64,000 bases of DNA, taken from the NCBI RefSeq assembly GCF_006345805.1, contig NW_021833264.1, positions 1 through 64,000 of the forward strand, in the 5' to 3' direction. The stretch's first letter is position 1; every line of letters starts with the position of its first letter. Of this stretch, positions 48,291 to 62,700 are shown piece after piece. Both the position numbers and the translations under genes were made by a program. Source of the DNA: Octopus sinensis. Lineage: Eukaryota. The notes beneath the pieces were generated by a model that was not told where the DNA came from, searched no databases, and saw only the letters and a list, made by a program, of their open reading frames with translations.

Positions 48291-50250
48291 TCCACCGCCA
48301 CCACCAACACCAACACCCCCTTAACCATCATGACACCAATACCACCACCTCGATTATCATGACCGATGACCACTACCACAAACACCACCGCCTCGACCCA
48401 CACGGCCACCACCATCATCACCACCGCCTTCACCATCAGGACCACCACCACCAAAACCCCGCCGCGACCCTCATGACCATCACCACTGTTACCACCGCCT
48501 CGACCATCACGACGGCCACCAACACTACCGCCTTGACCATCACGACCGCTACCACCAACACCACTGCCTTGACCATTACGACTATCACCACTGAAACCAC
48601 CGGCTCTACCATCACGACCACCAGCACCAACACCAGCCAATTGACCATCACGACTACCACCACCACCACTGCATTGAGCATTGCGACCACCACCACCGAC
48701 CATCACGACTACCACCACCACCACCACTGCCTTGACCATCGTGACCACCACCACCGACCATCACGACTACCACCACCACACCACTGCCTTGACTATCGCG
48801 ACCACCCCCACCGACCATCACGACTACCACCACACCACCACTGCCTCGACCATCGCGACCACCACCACCGACCATCAGGACCACCACCACCAAAATCCCG
48901 CCGCAACCCTCATGACCATCACCACTGTTACCACCGCCTTGACCATCACGACGACCACCAACACTACCGCCTTGACCATCACGACCGCCACCACCAACAC
49001 CACTGCCTTGACCATCGCGACCACCACCACCGACCATCACGACTACCACCACCACCACCACTGCCTTGACCATTGCGACCACCACACCGACCATCACGAC
49101 TACCACCACCACCACCACTGCCTTGACCATCGTGACCACCACCACCGACCATCACGACTACCACCACCACCGCCACTGTGTCGACCATCGCAACCACCAC
49201 CAACCACCACCACCACCGACCATCACGACTACCACCACCACCGCCACTGTGTCGACCATCGCAACCACCACCACCACCACCACAACTACCAGCATTTCTA
49301 CACGACCGACGATGCGGGGTTTAACCTCGGCCATCGCTAACACCGCCGCCTACGTTATCACTGTCACCATCGACACCGCTAATAATAAACTTCGATGCAA
49401 CCCCCGTCGCCGTGCCCCTTGACCATCTCCGGCCCCGCAACCCCGAAACCATCGCCCACCACCACTACCACCATCACTAAATACCGATGACGCCCCCGCC
49501 TGTTACAGAATCATTCCTCCACCTTGACCAACGCCGCCATACCTCCACGCACACACTAGTGCTAACATCAAGATTGCGACCACTGCTACCACCGCCACTA
49601 CCACCACCACCACTACCACCATCACCACTACCACCACCACCACTACCACCACCACCACTACCACCATCACCACTACCACCACCACCACTACCACCACCAT
49701 TACCACCACCAACACTACCACCAGTACCACTACCACCACCACCACTACCACCAGTACCACTACCAACACTACCACCACCACCATTACCACTACCACCACT
49801 ACCACTACCACCATCACCACTACCACCACCACCACTACCACCAGTACTACTACCACCATCACCACTACCACCATCACCACTACAACCACCACCACTACCA
49901 CCACCACTACCACCACCACTACCACCACCATTACCACCACCAACACTACCACCACCACCATTACCACTACCATCACTACCACCACCACCACCACTACCAC
50001 CACCACCTCCATTACCACCACCAACACTACCACCACCACCACTGCAACCAAAACGAATACCAACCCCACCATTATCGCCAACACTAAAACTACCACCGCC
50101 ACAACTACCACCGCCACAACTACCACCATCACCACCACAAACACTAGAACCAATTTCAATACTACCAACACCAACACTGCCACCGCTACTACCGTGACCA
50201 CCACAACAAAGATCGGCACCGCTACATCGCCACTACTACCATTACTATCA
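48290..50250. repeat. (CAC/ACC/ACT)-rich complex minisatellite
   Basis: Motifs ccttgaccatcacgacc and ccgaccatcacgactacc; block 48436-48560 repeated near 48870-49010. Confidence 0.9.
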
Positions 50251-51139
50251 GCGCTACCACCTATACTGCTAAAAGGACCACCGCCACCGCAACTACCGCC
50301 ACCCCTACGAACCTGCCAATCACTACCACTGTTGCAACTACTACCAACACCAGCACCACCGCCACCACCACAAATGCCGTGCACCCAACCACCCCCCACC
50401 CACAACTACCACCACCACTACTACCACTACCACTACTACTATTACTATCACTACTACTACGACGACTGTCCCGAACACCAACACAAGCCAAGACTCGTCT
50501 GCCTCCTCCCTTTCCTCTTCCTGCCTTCACCTCAGACATGCACCCCTCCACCCTCCACCACAACCACCAGCGCCGCCCCCACCGCCATCGCCGCCGCCGC
50601 CGCCGCAATTGCTTCCCGCCACCTCCAACGCCCCCCCCCCCCCCACCGCGCCAACCCACCGTCTCCCGCCAAAGCAAGCATCCATTGCGTCTGGCTGTCC
50701 GAACATCGTTGTCCAATCCATCAGTGAGATGCTGGATTGCCTGGATACTGGCTGCTGCTGCTGCTGCTTTCCCCCTGCCGTCAGCGCCGCCTGTGCTGCT
50801 GCTGCTACATCTATCGCGGTTGATGAGGACGGTGATGATGATGACGACGATGGTGCTGATGAAGAAAGATCACCCCGATGATGCTGATGCCGCTGCTGTT
50901 GTAGTTACTGTTGTTGCTGCTGACGATGATGACGGTGCTGCGGCTGTTGTGGCTGCTGCCGCGGCTGCTGCTGCTCTTGTGTTTCGGCGGAAGGATTTGA
51001 TGAGTCATAACTGAATATTTATTAATGAATGTTAGACAATGTTGTTGCATTTTGATGGGGCAGATAATACCCGGATGTTAACTGCTGGCTACTGCAGGCT
51101 CACAACAGCAACAACAACAACAACAACGACCACGGCGAC

Positions 51140-51263
51140 GACGATGATGACGGCGGCGGTGGTGATGATGATGGTGATTAGGATGATGATGATAATGATA
51201 ATGGTGATGATGATGGTAATGATTGTGATGATGGTGACGGTGATGATGGTGATGATGGTGATG

Positions 51264-51302
<39 letters not shown>

Positions 51303-51551
51303 ATGATGATGATGATAACGATGACATCGACAACGACGATGATGATGATGATGATGATTATGATGATGATGATGATGATGATAATGGTGATGATGATGAT
51401 GATGATGATAATGATGATGATGATATTGATGATGATGGTGATGTTGATGATGATGATGATGATAATGGTGATGATGATGATGATCATGATGATCATGATG
51501 ATGATGGTGATGATATGATGATGATGATGATGATGATAATGGTGATGATGG

Positions 51552-51585
<34 letters not shown>

Positions 51586-51659
51586 AATGGTGATGATGAT
51601 GATGGTGATGATGATAATGGTGATGATGATGATGATCATGATGATCATGATGATGATGG

Positions 51660-51693
<34 letters not shown>

Positions 51694-51789
51694 AATGGTG
51701 ATGAGATGTGATGGTGATGATGATGGTGATGATGATAATGGTGATGATGATGATGATGATGATGATCATGATGATGATGATAAGAAGGG

Positions 51790-51820
<31 letters not shown>

Positions 51821-51830
51821 GGTGACAACA
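51140..51830. repeat. (GAT)n microsatellite
   Basis: Direct. Confidence 0.95.
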
Positions 51831-51982
51831 ACAAGAGCTTTAATAGTCTTGTACTTAGAGCGTTTGCATCGCCGGCAACAACTAACGGCGATAGCAACGG
51901 AGACGGCGGCCAGACGCAGCACCATCAGAACAACAACAACAACAACAGCAGCAGCAAAAACAATAACAGTAACAACAACAAT

Positions 51983-53043
51983 AGGGCGGCGAGCTGGCAG
52001 AAACGTTAGCACGCCGGGCGAAATGCTTAGCGGTATTTCCGTCTGCCGCTACGTTCTGAGTTCAAATTCTGCCGAGGTCGACTTTGCCTTTCATCCTTTC
52101 GGGGTCAATAATTTAAGTACCAGTTACGCACTGGGGTCGATGTAATCGACTTAATCCGTTTGTCTGTCCTTGTTTGTCCCCTCTATGTTTAGCCCCTTGT
52201 GGGTAGTAAAGAAATAGGTATTTCGTCTGCCGCTACGTTCTGAGTTCATATTCCGCCGAGGTCGACTTTGCCTTTCATCCTTTCGGGGTCGATAAATTAA
52301 GTACCAGTTACGCACTGGGGTCGATCTAATCGACTTAATCCGTTTGTCTGTCCTTCTTTTGTCTTCTCTGTGTTTAGCCCCTTCTGGGTAGTAAAGAAAT
52401 AGGTATTTCCGTCTGCCGCTACGTTCTGAGTTCAAATTCCGCCGAGGTCGACTTTGCCTTTCATCCTTTCGGGGTCAATAAATTAAGCACCAGTTACACA
52501 CTAGGGTCGACGTAATCTAGTGGTAGTAGTGGTGGTGGTAGTTGTGGGTGGGTGGGTGGTTGTGTGCATGGATTTGTGGTGGTGGCAGTGGTAGAGGTGG
52601 TGCTGATGTCGGTAGTAGTTGCAACAGTGGTAGTGATTGGCATGTTCGTAGGGGTGGCGGTGGTCCTTGTTTGTCCCCTGTGGGTAATAAAGAAATAGGA
52701 ATTTCGTCTGTCTTTATGTTCTGAGTTCAAATTCCGCCGATGTCGACTTAGCCGTTCATCCTTTCGAGGTCGATAAATTAAGTACCAGTTACGCACTGGT
52801 TCGATATAATCGACTTAATACCTATGTCTGTCCTTATTTGTCCTCTCTATGTTTAGCCCCTTGTGGGTAGTAAAGAAATAGGTATTTCGTCTGCCGCTAC
52901 GTCTTGAGTTCAAATTCCGCCGAGGTCAACTTTGCCTTTCATCCTTTCGGGGTCGATTAAATAAGTACCAGTTACGCACTGGGGTCGATATGATTGACTA
53001 GTCTCCTCCCCAAAAATTTCAGGCTTTATATCTATGGTAGAAT
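51983..53043 (+). mobile_element. SINE D tandem multimer (head + about five units, interrupted at ~52520-52656)
   Basis: Repeated ggtatttcgtctgccgctacg...gccccttgtgggtagtaaagaaata. Confidence 0.9.
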
Positions 53044-53058
53044 GGATTATAATTAATA

Positions 53059-53503
<445 letters not shown>

Positions 53504-53519
53504 GATTATTATTATCATT

Positions 53520-54176
53520 CAGTAGTTTTATTTTTATAGCGTGCTTCCACTTCACTACCGAGCGCAGCTCTATGTGCCTTGGGTATGTGCTGTGATTTGT
53601 TGTGATGCTCTGATGGTTATTGTATGGAAAGTGTTCTGCGTAGGATGTGTGCAGTGCCCAGTAGTGCAATTTTCTGTATGTTATATGGGTTTGTAAGTCC
53701 TGGTGTTTTTGTTATGTATTTGTCTGAATATTTTTTTATCATGCCTGATGCACCTACTATGATAGGAATTGTTTCTCTTTTTAGATTCCACATTCTGGTT
53801 ACCTCTATTTCCAGGTCTTTGTATTTTGAAAGTTTCTCCATTTCTTTTAGAGACACGTTGTCATCTGCCGGTATTGATACATCAATTAGAAGGTATTTTT
53901 TTTCTTCATGATCTCTGACAACTATATCTGGCCTGTTGGCCTTAATTTCTCTATCTGTGTGTATCTGCATATCCCAGAGTATGGTTGCTTTCTCGTTTTC
54001 TGTGACCTTTTCTGGTGTGTGCCTATACCATCTTTTTTCTGTTGTTATTCCATAATGTTGGCATAGCTTCCAATGTATGTAGGTTCCAACTCTGTCATGC
54101 CTGTGAATATATTACTTCTTAACCAGGACTGGGCAGCAGAGAATAATATGATTTCTTGTTCTTTGTCCATCTCACA
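53520..54176 (-). mobile_element. R4/Dong-type 3' fragment
   Basis: ORF 53617-53970 MQIHTDREIKANRPDIVVRD..IDVSIPADD..KYKDLEIE..GTAHILRRTLSIQ; (TAA)n flanks. Confidence 0.92.
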
Positions 54177-54214
54177 TTATTATTTTATTATTATTATTAC
54201 TATTATTATTATTA

Positions 54215-54251
<37 letters not shown>

Positions 54252-54257
54252 GCTATG

Positions 54258-54296
<39 letters not shown>

Positions 54297-54432
54297 TTAT
54301 TATTATTATTACTATTATTATATTATTATTATTATTATTATTATTAGATTATTATTAGATTATTACTATATTATTATTATTATTATTATTATTATATTAT
54401 TATTATTATTATTACGATTATTGTTATTATTA

Positions 54433-54481
<49 letters not shown>

Positions 54482-54576
54482 TATTATTATTATTATTATT
54501 ATTACTATTTTATTTTATTATTATTATTATTACTATTACTATTATATTATTATTATTACTATTATTATTATTATTA

Positions 54577-54607
<31 letters not shown>

Positions 54608-54825
54608 GTATTACTATTATTACTATTATTATTATTACTATTTTACTATTATTATTATTATTATTATTATTACTATTATTACTATTATTATTATTATTAT
54701 TATTATTTATTACTATTATTATTATTTTAGTATTATTATTATTATATTATTATATTATTATTATTATTTTATTATTATTACTATTATTAATTATTATTAT
54801 TACTATTATATTATTAGTACTATTA

Positions 54826-54870
<45 letters not shown>

Positions 54871-54887
54871 TATTATTATTATTACTA

Positions 54888-54938
<51 letters not shown>

Positions 54939-55042
54939 CATATTATTATTATTATTATTACTATTATTATTATTATTATTACTATTATTATTATTATTAC
55001 TATATTATTATTATTATTACATTATTATTATTATTATTATTC

Positions 55043-55082
<40 letters not shown>

Positions 55083-55172
55083 TATTATTCTTATTATTAT
55101 TATTATATTATTATTTTATTATTATTATATATTATTATTATTATTATTATATTATTATTATTTATTATTACG

Positions 55173-55217
<45 letters not shown>

Positions 55218-55803
55218 TTATGACTATTATTATTATTATTATTAATATATTATTATTATTATTATTATTATATTATTATTATTATTATTATCTATTATTA
55301 CTTATTATTATTATTAGTTATTAGTATATATTATTATTAATTATTTATATTATTATTATTTACTATTAATTATTATTCTTAGTATTATTATTATTATTAT
55401 TATTATGTATTATTATTACTATTATTATTATTATTATTACTATTATTATTATTATTATTATTATTATTAGATATTATTATTATACTATTATTATTATTAT
55501 TAGGACTATTATCATATTATTATTAGTATTATTTTATTATTTATTATATTATCATTATTATTATTATTATTATTATTTATTATTATTATTATTATTATGA
55601 TGATTATATATTATTATTATTACTATTATATTATATTATGACTATTATTAGTATTATTAATGATTATTATTATTATTATACTATTATTATTAATTATTAT
55701 ATTATTACTACTAGATTTATTATTTACTATTACTATTATATTATTATTATTACGATTACTATTATTATTATATTATTAGGACTTATTATTATATATGATT
55801 ATT

Positions 55804-55841
<38 letters not shown>

Positions 55842-55903
55842 ATGATTAGTATTATATTATGACTAGTTACTATTATTATTATTATTATGATTATTATTAT
55901 TAC

Positions 55904-55940
<37 letters not shown>

Positions 55941-56030
55941 GAGTATGATACTAGTATTTATATTATGAGGATTATATATTATTATTACTATTATTATTAC
56001 TTATTATTTTATTATTTATTACTATTACTA

Positions 56031-56064
<34 letters not shown>

Positions 56065-56327
56065 GCTATTATATATTAGTTATTATTTATTATTTATTAT
56101 TATATTACTATTACTATTTTATGATTATTATTCTTATTATTATTATTATGATTGCTATTATTATTATTATTATTATTATTATAGTATTATATTATTATTT
56201 ACTATTACTATGTTATTATTATTATTATTATTATTATATTATTATTGCTATTATTATTATTATTATTTTATTATTATTATTATTATACTATTATTATTAT
56301 ATTATTATTATTATTATTACTATATTA

Positions 56328-56358
<31 letters not shown>

Positions 56359-56367
56359 ATTACTATT

Positions 56368-56398
<31 letters not shown>

Positions 56399-56587
56399 TA
56401 CTATTATTAATATTATTATTATTTATTATTATTGCTATTATTATTATATTGATTATTATTATTATTATTATTACAATAGTATTATTATTATTATTATTAT
56501 TACTATTATTATTATTATTATTAGATTATATTATTATTATTATATATTATTATTATTATGTATTATTATTATTACTATTACTATTAT

Positions 56588-56619
<32 letters not shown>

Positions 56620-56660
56620 GCTATTATTATTATTATTATATTAATTATTATTATTATTAT
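54177..56660. repeat. 2.5-kb (TTA/CTA)n microsatellite
   Basis: Direct. Confidence 0.95.
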
Positions 56661-56879
56661 TAAGGTGACAAACTGGCATAATCGTTAGCGCAGCGGGCAA
56701 AAGGCTTAGCGTCATTTCGTCCGCTTCACGATTTACTACCACAGCTACCACTTCTACTACTACTACGACGACGACGACGACGACGACGAATGTCCCGAAC
56801 ACCAGCCCAAGCCAAGATACGACTTCCTTTTCCTCCACTTCCTGCTCCCTTTCCTCTTCCTGTCTTCACCTCAGACATG

Positions 56880-57640
56880 CACACCCCCACCGCCACCGCC
56901 ACCGCCACCGCCACCGACACAAACCACCGTCATCGCCACCTCCACCGCCACCGCCACCGCCACCGCCACCGCCACCGCTACCGCCACCGCCACCGCCACA
57001 GCCACGAACCACCGCCACCGCCACCGCCACCGCACCGCCACAACAGCCACGAACCACCGCTACCGCCACCACCATCGCCACGCCACCGCCACGAAACCAC
57101 CTACCGTACGCCATCGCCACCTGCCACCGCCAGCGCCAACGCCACCGCCACCGCCACCGCCACCACCACCGACACACCGCCACCGCCACCTCACACGAAC
57201 CACCGCCACCGCCACGAACCACCGCCACCGCCACGAACCACCGCTACACCGCCACCACCATCGCCACCGCCACCGCCACTGTCCCCGCCACCGCCCCCGC
57301 CACCGCCACAGCCACGAACCACCGCCACCGCCACGAACCACCTACCGCCGCCACCGCCACCGCCACCGCCACCGCCACGAACCACCGCCACCGCCACGAA
57401 CCACCACCCACCGCCACCGCCACCGCCACCGCCACGAACCACCCCACCGCCACCGCCACCCGCGCACAGCCACGAACCACCGCGCTACCCGCCACCACCA
57501 TCTCACGCGCCACCCCCGCCACCGCCACCGCCACCGCCACCGCCACCGCCACGAACCACCGCTACCGCCACCACCATCGCCACCGCCACCGCCAACGCCA
57601 CCGACACCGCCACTGCCACCGCCGCCGCCGCCGCTTCTGT
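56880..57640. repeat. (CCG/CCA)n tract with recurring gccacgaaccacc motif
   Basis: Direct. Confidence 0.9.
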
Positions 57641-57829
57641 AACTGGCCCATCGCCCATACTCGCACTCCACCCCATTCCCCTACGCAACCCACCGTCTCC
57701 CCGTCTCGTAAAGCAAGCATCCATTTGCGGTTCGTCTGTCCGAAAATCGTTTGTCCGGTCCATCAAATTCCGCCGCCGAGGTCAACTTTGCTTTTCAATC
57801 TATCGGGTTTTATAAAGTGAGTATCAATC

Positions 57830-58880
57830 GAGAGGAGGAGGAGGAGGAGCTGGTAGTGGTGGTGGTGGTGGTGGTGAGGAGGAGGAGAAGGAGGAGGGGG
57901 AATAAGAAGATGTAGAGGAGGGGGAAGGAGGAAGATGAAGAGGAGGAGGAGGAGGCGGAGAAGGACGAGGAGGACGAGGAGGAAGAAGAGGGGGAGGAGG
58001 GTGAAGAAGATGAAGATGAAGAAGATGAAGATGAAGATGAAGAGGAGGAGGACGAGGAGGAGTAGGAGGAGGATGAAGAAAATGAAGATGAAGAGGAGGT
58101 GGAGGATGATGAAACGATGAACATGAGGATGAAGATGAAGGTGAAGATGAAGATGAAGATGAAGAGGAGGAGGTGGAGGAAGAAGATGAAGGTGAAGATG
58201 AAGATGAAGATGAAGAGGAGGAGGAGGAGGAAGAAGATGAAGATGAAGATGAAGATGAAGATGAAGATGAAGATGAAGATGAAGATGAAGAGGAGGAGGA
58301 GGAGGAAGAAGTTGAAGATAAAGATGAAGAGGATGAGGAGTAGGAGGAGGAGGAGGAAGAAGAAGATGAAGATGAAGAGGAGGGGGAGGAGGAGGAGGGG
58401 GAGAAGAAGATGAAGATGAAGTAAAAGAAGAATATGAAGATGAAGGGGAGGAGGAGGAGGAGGAAGAAGAAGAATATGAAGATGAAGGGGAGGAGTAGGA
58501 AGTAGAAGATGAAGAGAAGAGGGGGAGGAAGAAGGAGATGAAGAGAAGGAGGAGGAGGAAGATGATGAAGATGAAGATGAGGAGGAGGAAGATGAAGATG
58601 AAGAGGAAGTGGATGAGGAGGAAGAAGATGAAGAGGAAGAGGAAGTGGAGCAGGAGGAAGAAGATGAAGAGGAAGAGGAAGTGGAGCAGGAGGAAGAAGA
58701 TGAAGAGGAAGAGGAAGTGGAGGAGGAGGAAGAAGATGAAGTGGAAGAAGATGAAGAGGAGGAAGAAGATGAAGTGGAAGAGAAGGAAGAAGATGAAGAG
58801 GAAGTGGAGGAAGAAGATGTAGAGGAAGAGGAGGGAGAAGATGAAGAGGAGGAAGATGAAGAAGAAGAGGAGGAGGAGGA
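57830..58880. repeat. Polypurine (GAG/GAA/GAT)n tract
   Basis: Direct; includes a 33-bp unit repeated about three times near 58610-58730. Confidence 0.92.
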
Positions 58881-58883
58881 GAT

Positions 58884-59275
58884 CCTTTTCTCTCAAGGCA
58901 CAAGGCCTGAAATTAAACCGACCCCAGTACTCAACTGGTACTTATTTCATCCACCCTGAAAGGTTAGAAGGCAAACTCGACGTCCTTAACGGAATTTGAA
59001 CACAGAACGTAAAGCCATAAGACACACCACTATACTATCGATTCTGCCTGTTCCTAACTCGAATAAATAATAATTTCAAAATGGCTCAAGACCAGCAATT
59101 TCGGGGGAGGGAATAAACCGATAAGATCAACCCTCAAGTTTCAACTGGTAGTTATTTTATCGATTCCGCAAGGATGATAGGGAAAGTCGGCATCCTCGAA
59201 GAATTTGAACTCAAAACGTAAAACCGGAAGATATGTCGCTATACATTTACTCCGATGCGCTAACGATTCTGATAG
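58884..59275 (-). mobile_element. Two diverged SINE D-like copies
   Basis: gaatttgaac..acgtaaa B-box regions at ~58992 and ~59202 with core remnants. Confidence 0.65.
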
Positions 59276-59288
59276 TTCATAACTCAAA

Positions 59289-59679
59289 TCTTTATATATA
59301 AAAGTAAGGTTGTGTACTGTCTGTCTCCTACGATTTAGATTCCTAACTACTCCCACATTTTGCGGTGCAGTTTAACCAAAACCGGGTATCTTATAGTCGT
59401 CATTCATATCAAGCCCTTCTGGGTATTAGCGCGCGTCTACGATGAGTCTACGATTTAAAAAAAAAGATTTACCATCAATTTTTCCCATTTTAGTGCAATT
59501 TTGGCATGTATAAGGGAAGTAACTCTCTAAAAATTTCTTATTGAATCTCAGAACGTAAAAAAACACCCCCCCCCCTTGTGGTTAGCCATATTGAGATGGC
59601 TATTATACTTTACATCTCTAAAAATGCTTATATAGTTATTTCCCTTACAAACCCGAGCAACGCCGGGCGATACTGCTAG
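59289..59679 (+). mobile_element. Non-autonomous Helitron
   Basis: 5' TCTTTATATATAAAAG, 3' hairpin CCCG-AGCAACGC-CGGG then CTAG; sits between A and T. Confidence 0.88.
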
Positions 59680-59744
59680 TAAATAATAAATGACAAGTTT
59701 GCTTTTCTGAGATTAGCTTAATGTCTGAATATAACAATCTGATC

Positions 59745-62700
59745 GTCTGGTGTCTGGTGTCCAGCGTCTAGTACCTGCTGGCAAGCATCTGGTACCTATT
59801 GTGTCTGGTGTTTAGTATCTGGTGTCTGGTGCCTGGTGTCTGCTGTCTGGTGTCTGGCATCTGGAGCCTGGCGTCTGGCGCCTGGCGTCTGGCGCCTGAT
59901 GTCTAGTGCCTGGTGTCTGGTCTCGTGTATCTGGTACCTGGTATCAGGTGTCTAGTCTCTGGTTCTGATGCCAGGTGTCTGGTGTCTGGGGTCTGGTGCC
60001 TGGTGTTTAGTGTCTGGTAACTGATGTCTGGTGTCTGGGGACTGGTGTCTGGTGTCTGGTGTATTGCTCCTGATGTCTGGTATTTAGTGCCAGGTGCCTA
60101 CTCTCTTGTATCTTGTAACTGGTATCAGGTGTATGGGGTCTCGCGTCTGGTGCCTGGTGTCTGCTGTCTGCTGTCTGCTGTCTGGCATCTGGCACCTGGT
60201 GTCTGGTATCTGCTGTCTGACGTCTGGTGTCTGGTACCTGGTGTCTGGTGTCTAGCGTCTGGTATCTGCTGTCTGCTGTCTGCTGTCTGGCATCTGGTGC
60301 CTGGTGCCTGGTGTCTGGCACCTGGTGTCTGGTATCTGCTGTCTGACGTCTGGTGTCTGGTGTCTAGCGTCTGGTATCTGGTGTCTGCTGTCTGCTGTCT
60401 GCTGTCTGGCATCTGGTGCCTGGTGCCTGGTGTCTGGCACCTGGTGTCTGGTATCTGCTGTCTGACGTCTGGTGTCTGGTATTTGGTGTCTGGTACCAGG
60501 TGTCTGGTACCTGGTGTCTGGTATCTGCTGTCTGACGTCTGGTGTCTGGTACTGGTGTCTGGTATCTGGTACTTGTGTCTGGTATCTGCTGTCTGTTGTC
60601 TGGTATCTGGTGCCTGGTGCCTGGTACCTGGTGCCTGGCACCTGGTGTCTGGCACCTGGTGTCTGGTATCTGCTGTCTGACGTCTACTGTCTGGTACCTG
60701 GTGTCTGGTATTTGGTGTCTGGTGTCTAGAGTCTGGTATCTGGTGTCTGCTGTCTGCTGTCTGGTGCCTGGTACCTGGTGTCTGGCACCTGGTGTCTGGT
60801 ATCTGCTGTCTGACGTCTACTGTCTGGTACCTGGTGTCTGGTATTTTGTGTCTGGTGCCTGGTGTCTGGCACCTGGTGTCTGGCACCTGGTGTCTGGCAC
60901 CTGGTGTCTGGCACCTGGTGTCTGGCACCTGGTGTCTGGTATCTGCTGTCTGACGTCTGGTGTCTTGTGTCTAGCGTCTGGTATCTGATGTCTGCTGTCT
61001 GCTGTCTGGTGTCTGGTGTCTGGCATCTGGTGCCTGGTGCCTGGTGTCTGGCACCTGGTGTCTGGCGCCTGGTGTCTGGTATCTGCTGTCTGACGTCTGG
61101 TGTCTGGTGTCTAGCGTCTGGTATCTGGTGTCTGCTGTCTGCTGTCTGGCATCTGGTGCCTGGTGCCTGGTGTCTGGTATCTGCTGTCTGACGTCTGGTG
61201 TCTGGTACCTGGTGCCTGGTGCCTGGTGTCTGGCACCTGGTGTCTGGTATCTGCTGTCTGACGTCTGGTGTCTGGTACCTGGTGTCTGGTGTCTAGCGTC
61301 TGGTATCTGCTGTCTGCTGTCTGCTGTCTGGCATCTGGTGCCTGGTGCCTGGTGTCTGGCACCTGGTGTCTGGTATCTGCTGTCTGACGTCTGGTGTCTG
61401 GTGTCTAACGTCTGGTATCTGGTGTCTGGTGTCTGCTGTCTGCTATCTGGCATCTGGTGCCTGGTGTCTGGCACCTGGTGTCTGGTATCTGCTGTCTGAC
61501 GTCTGGTGTCTGGTATTTGGTGTCTGGTACCAGGTGTCTGGTACCTGGTGTCTGGTATCTGCTGTCTGACGTCTGGTGTCTGGTACTGGTGTCTGGTATC
61601 TGGTACTGTGTGGCTGGTATCTGCTGTCTGTCTGTCTGGTTTGGTGCCTGGTGCTGGGTACCTGGTGCCTGGCACCTGGTGTCTGGCACCTGGTGTCTGG
61701 TATCTTGCTGTCTGACGTCTACTGTCTGGTACCTGGTGTCTGGTATTTGGTTGTCTGGTGTCTAGAGTCTGTATCTGGTGTCTGCTGTCTGCTGTCTGGT
61801 GCTGGTTACCTGGTGTCTGGCAGGGTGTCTGGTATTGCTGTCTGACGTCTACTGTCTGGTACCTGGTGTCTGGTATTTGTGTCTGTGGTGCCTGGTGTCT
61901 GGCACCTGGTGTCTGTGGCACCTGGTGTCTGGCCCTGGTGTGTTGGTATCTGCTGTCTGACGTCTGGTGTCTTGTGTCTAGCGTCTGGTATCTGATGTCT
62001 GCTGTCTGCTGTCTGCTGTCTGGTGTCTGGCATCTGGTGCCTGGTGCCTGGTGTCTGGCACCTGGTGTCTGGTATCTGCTGTCTGACGTCTGGTGTCTGG
62101 TGTCTAGCGTCTGGTATCTGGTGTCTGCTGTCTGCTGTCTGCGGTCTGGCATCTGGTGCCTGGTGCCTGGTGTCTGGTATCTGCTGTCTGACGTCTGGTG
62201 TCTGGTACCTGGTGCCTGGTGCCTGGTGTCTGGCACCTGGTGTCTGGTATCTGCTGTCTGACGTCTGGTGTCTGGTACCTGGTGTCTGGTGTCTAGCGTC
62301 TGGTATCTGCTGTCTGCTGTCTGCTGTCTGGCATCTGGTGCCTGGTGCCTGGTGTCTGGAACCTGGTGTCTGGTATCTGCTGTCTGACGTCTGGTGTCTG
62401 GTGTCTAACGTCTGGTATCTGGTGTCTGGTGTCTGCTGTCTGCTGTCTGGCATCTGGTGCCTGGTGTCTGGCACCTGGTGTCTGGTATCTGCTGTCTGAC
62501 GTCTGGTGTCTGGTATTTGGTGTCTGGTACCAGGTGTCTGGTACCTGGTGTCTGGTATCTGCTGTCTGACGTCTGGTGTCTGGTACTTGTGTCTGGTATC
62601 TGGTACTTGTGTCTGGTATCTGCTGTCTTGCTGTCTGGTATCTGGTGCCTGGTGCCTGGTACCTGGTGCCTGGCACCTGGTGTTTGGCACCTGGTGTCTG

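Noticed and set aside
58609-58959. Acidic nucleolin/prothymosin-like CDS
   Set aside because: Pure GAG/GAA/GAT tract running into a SINE; no splice or domain support.
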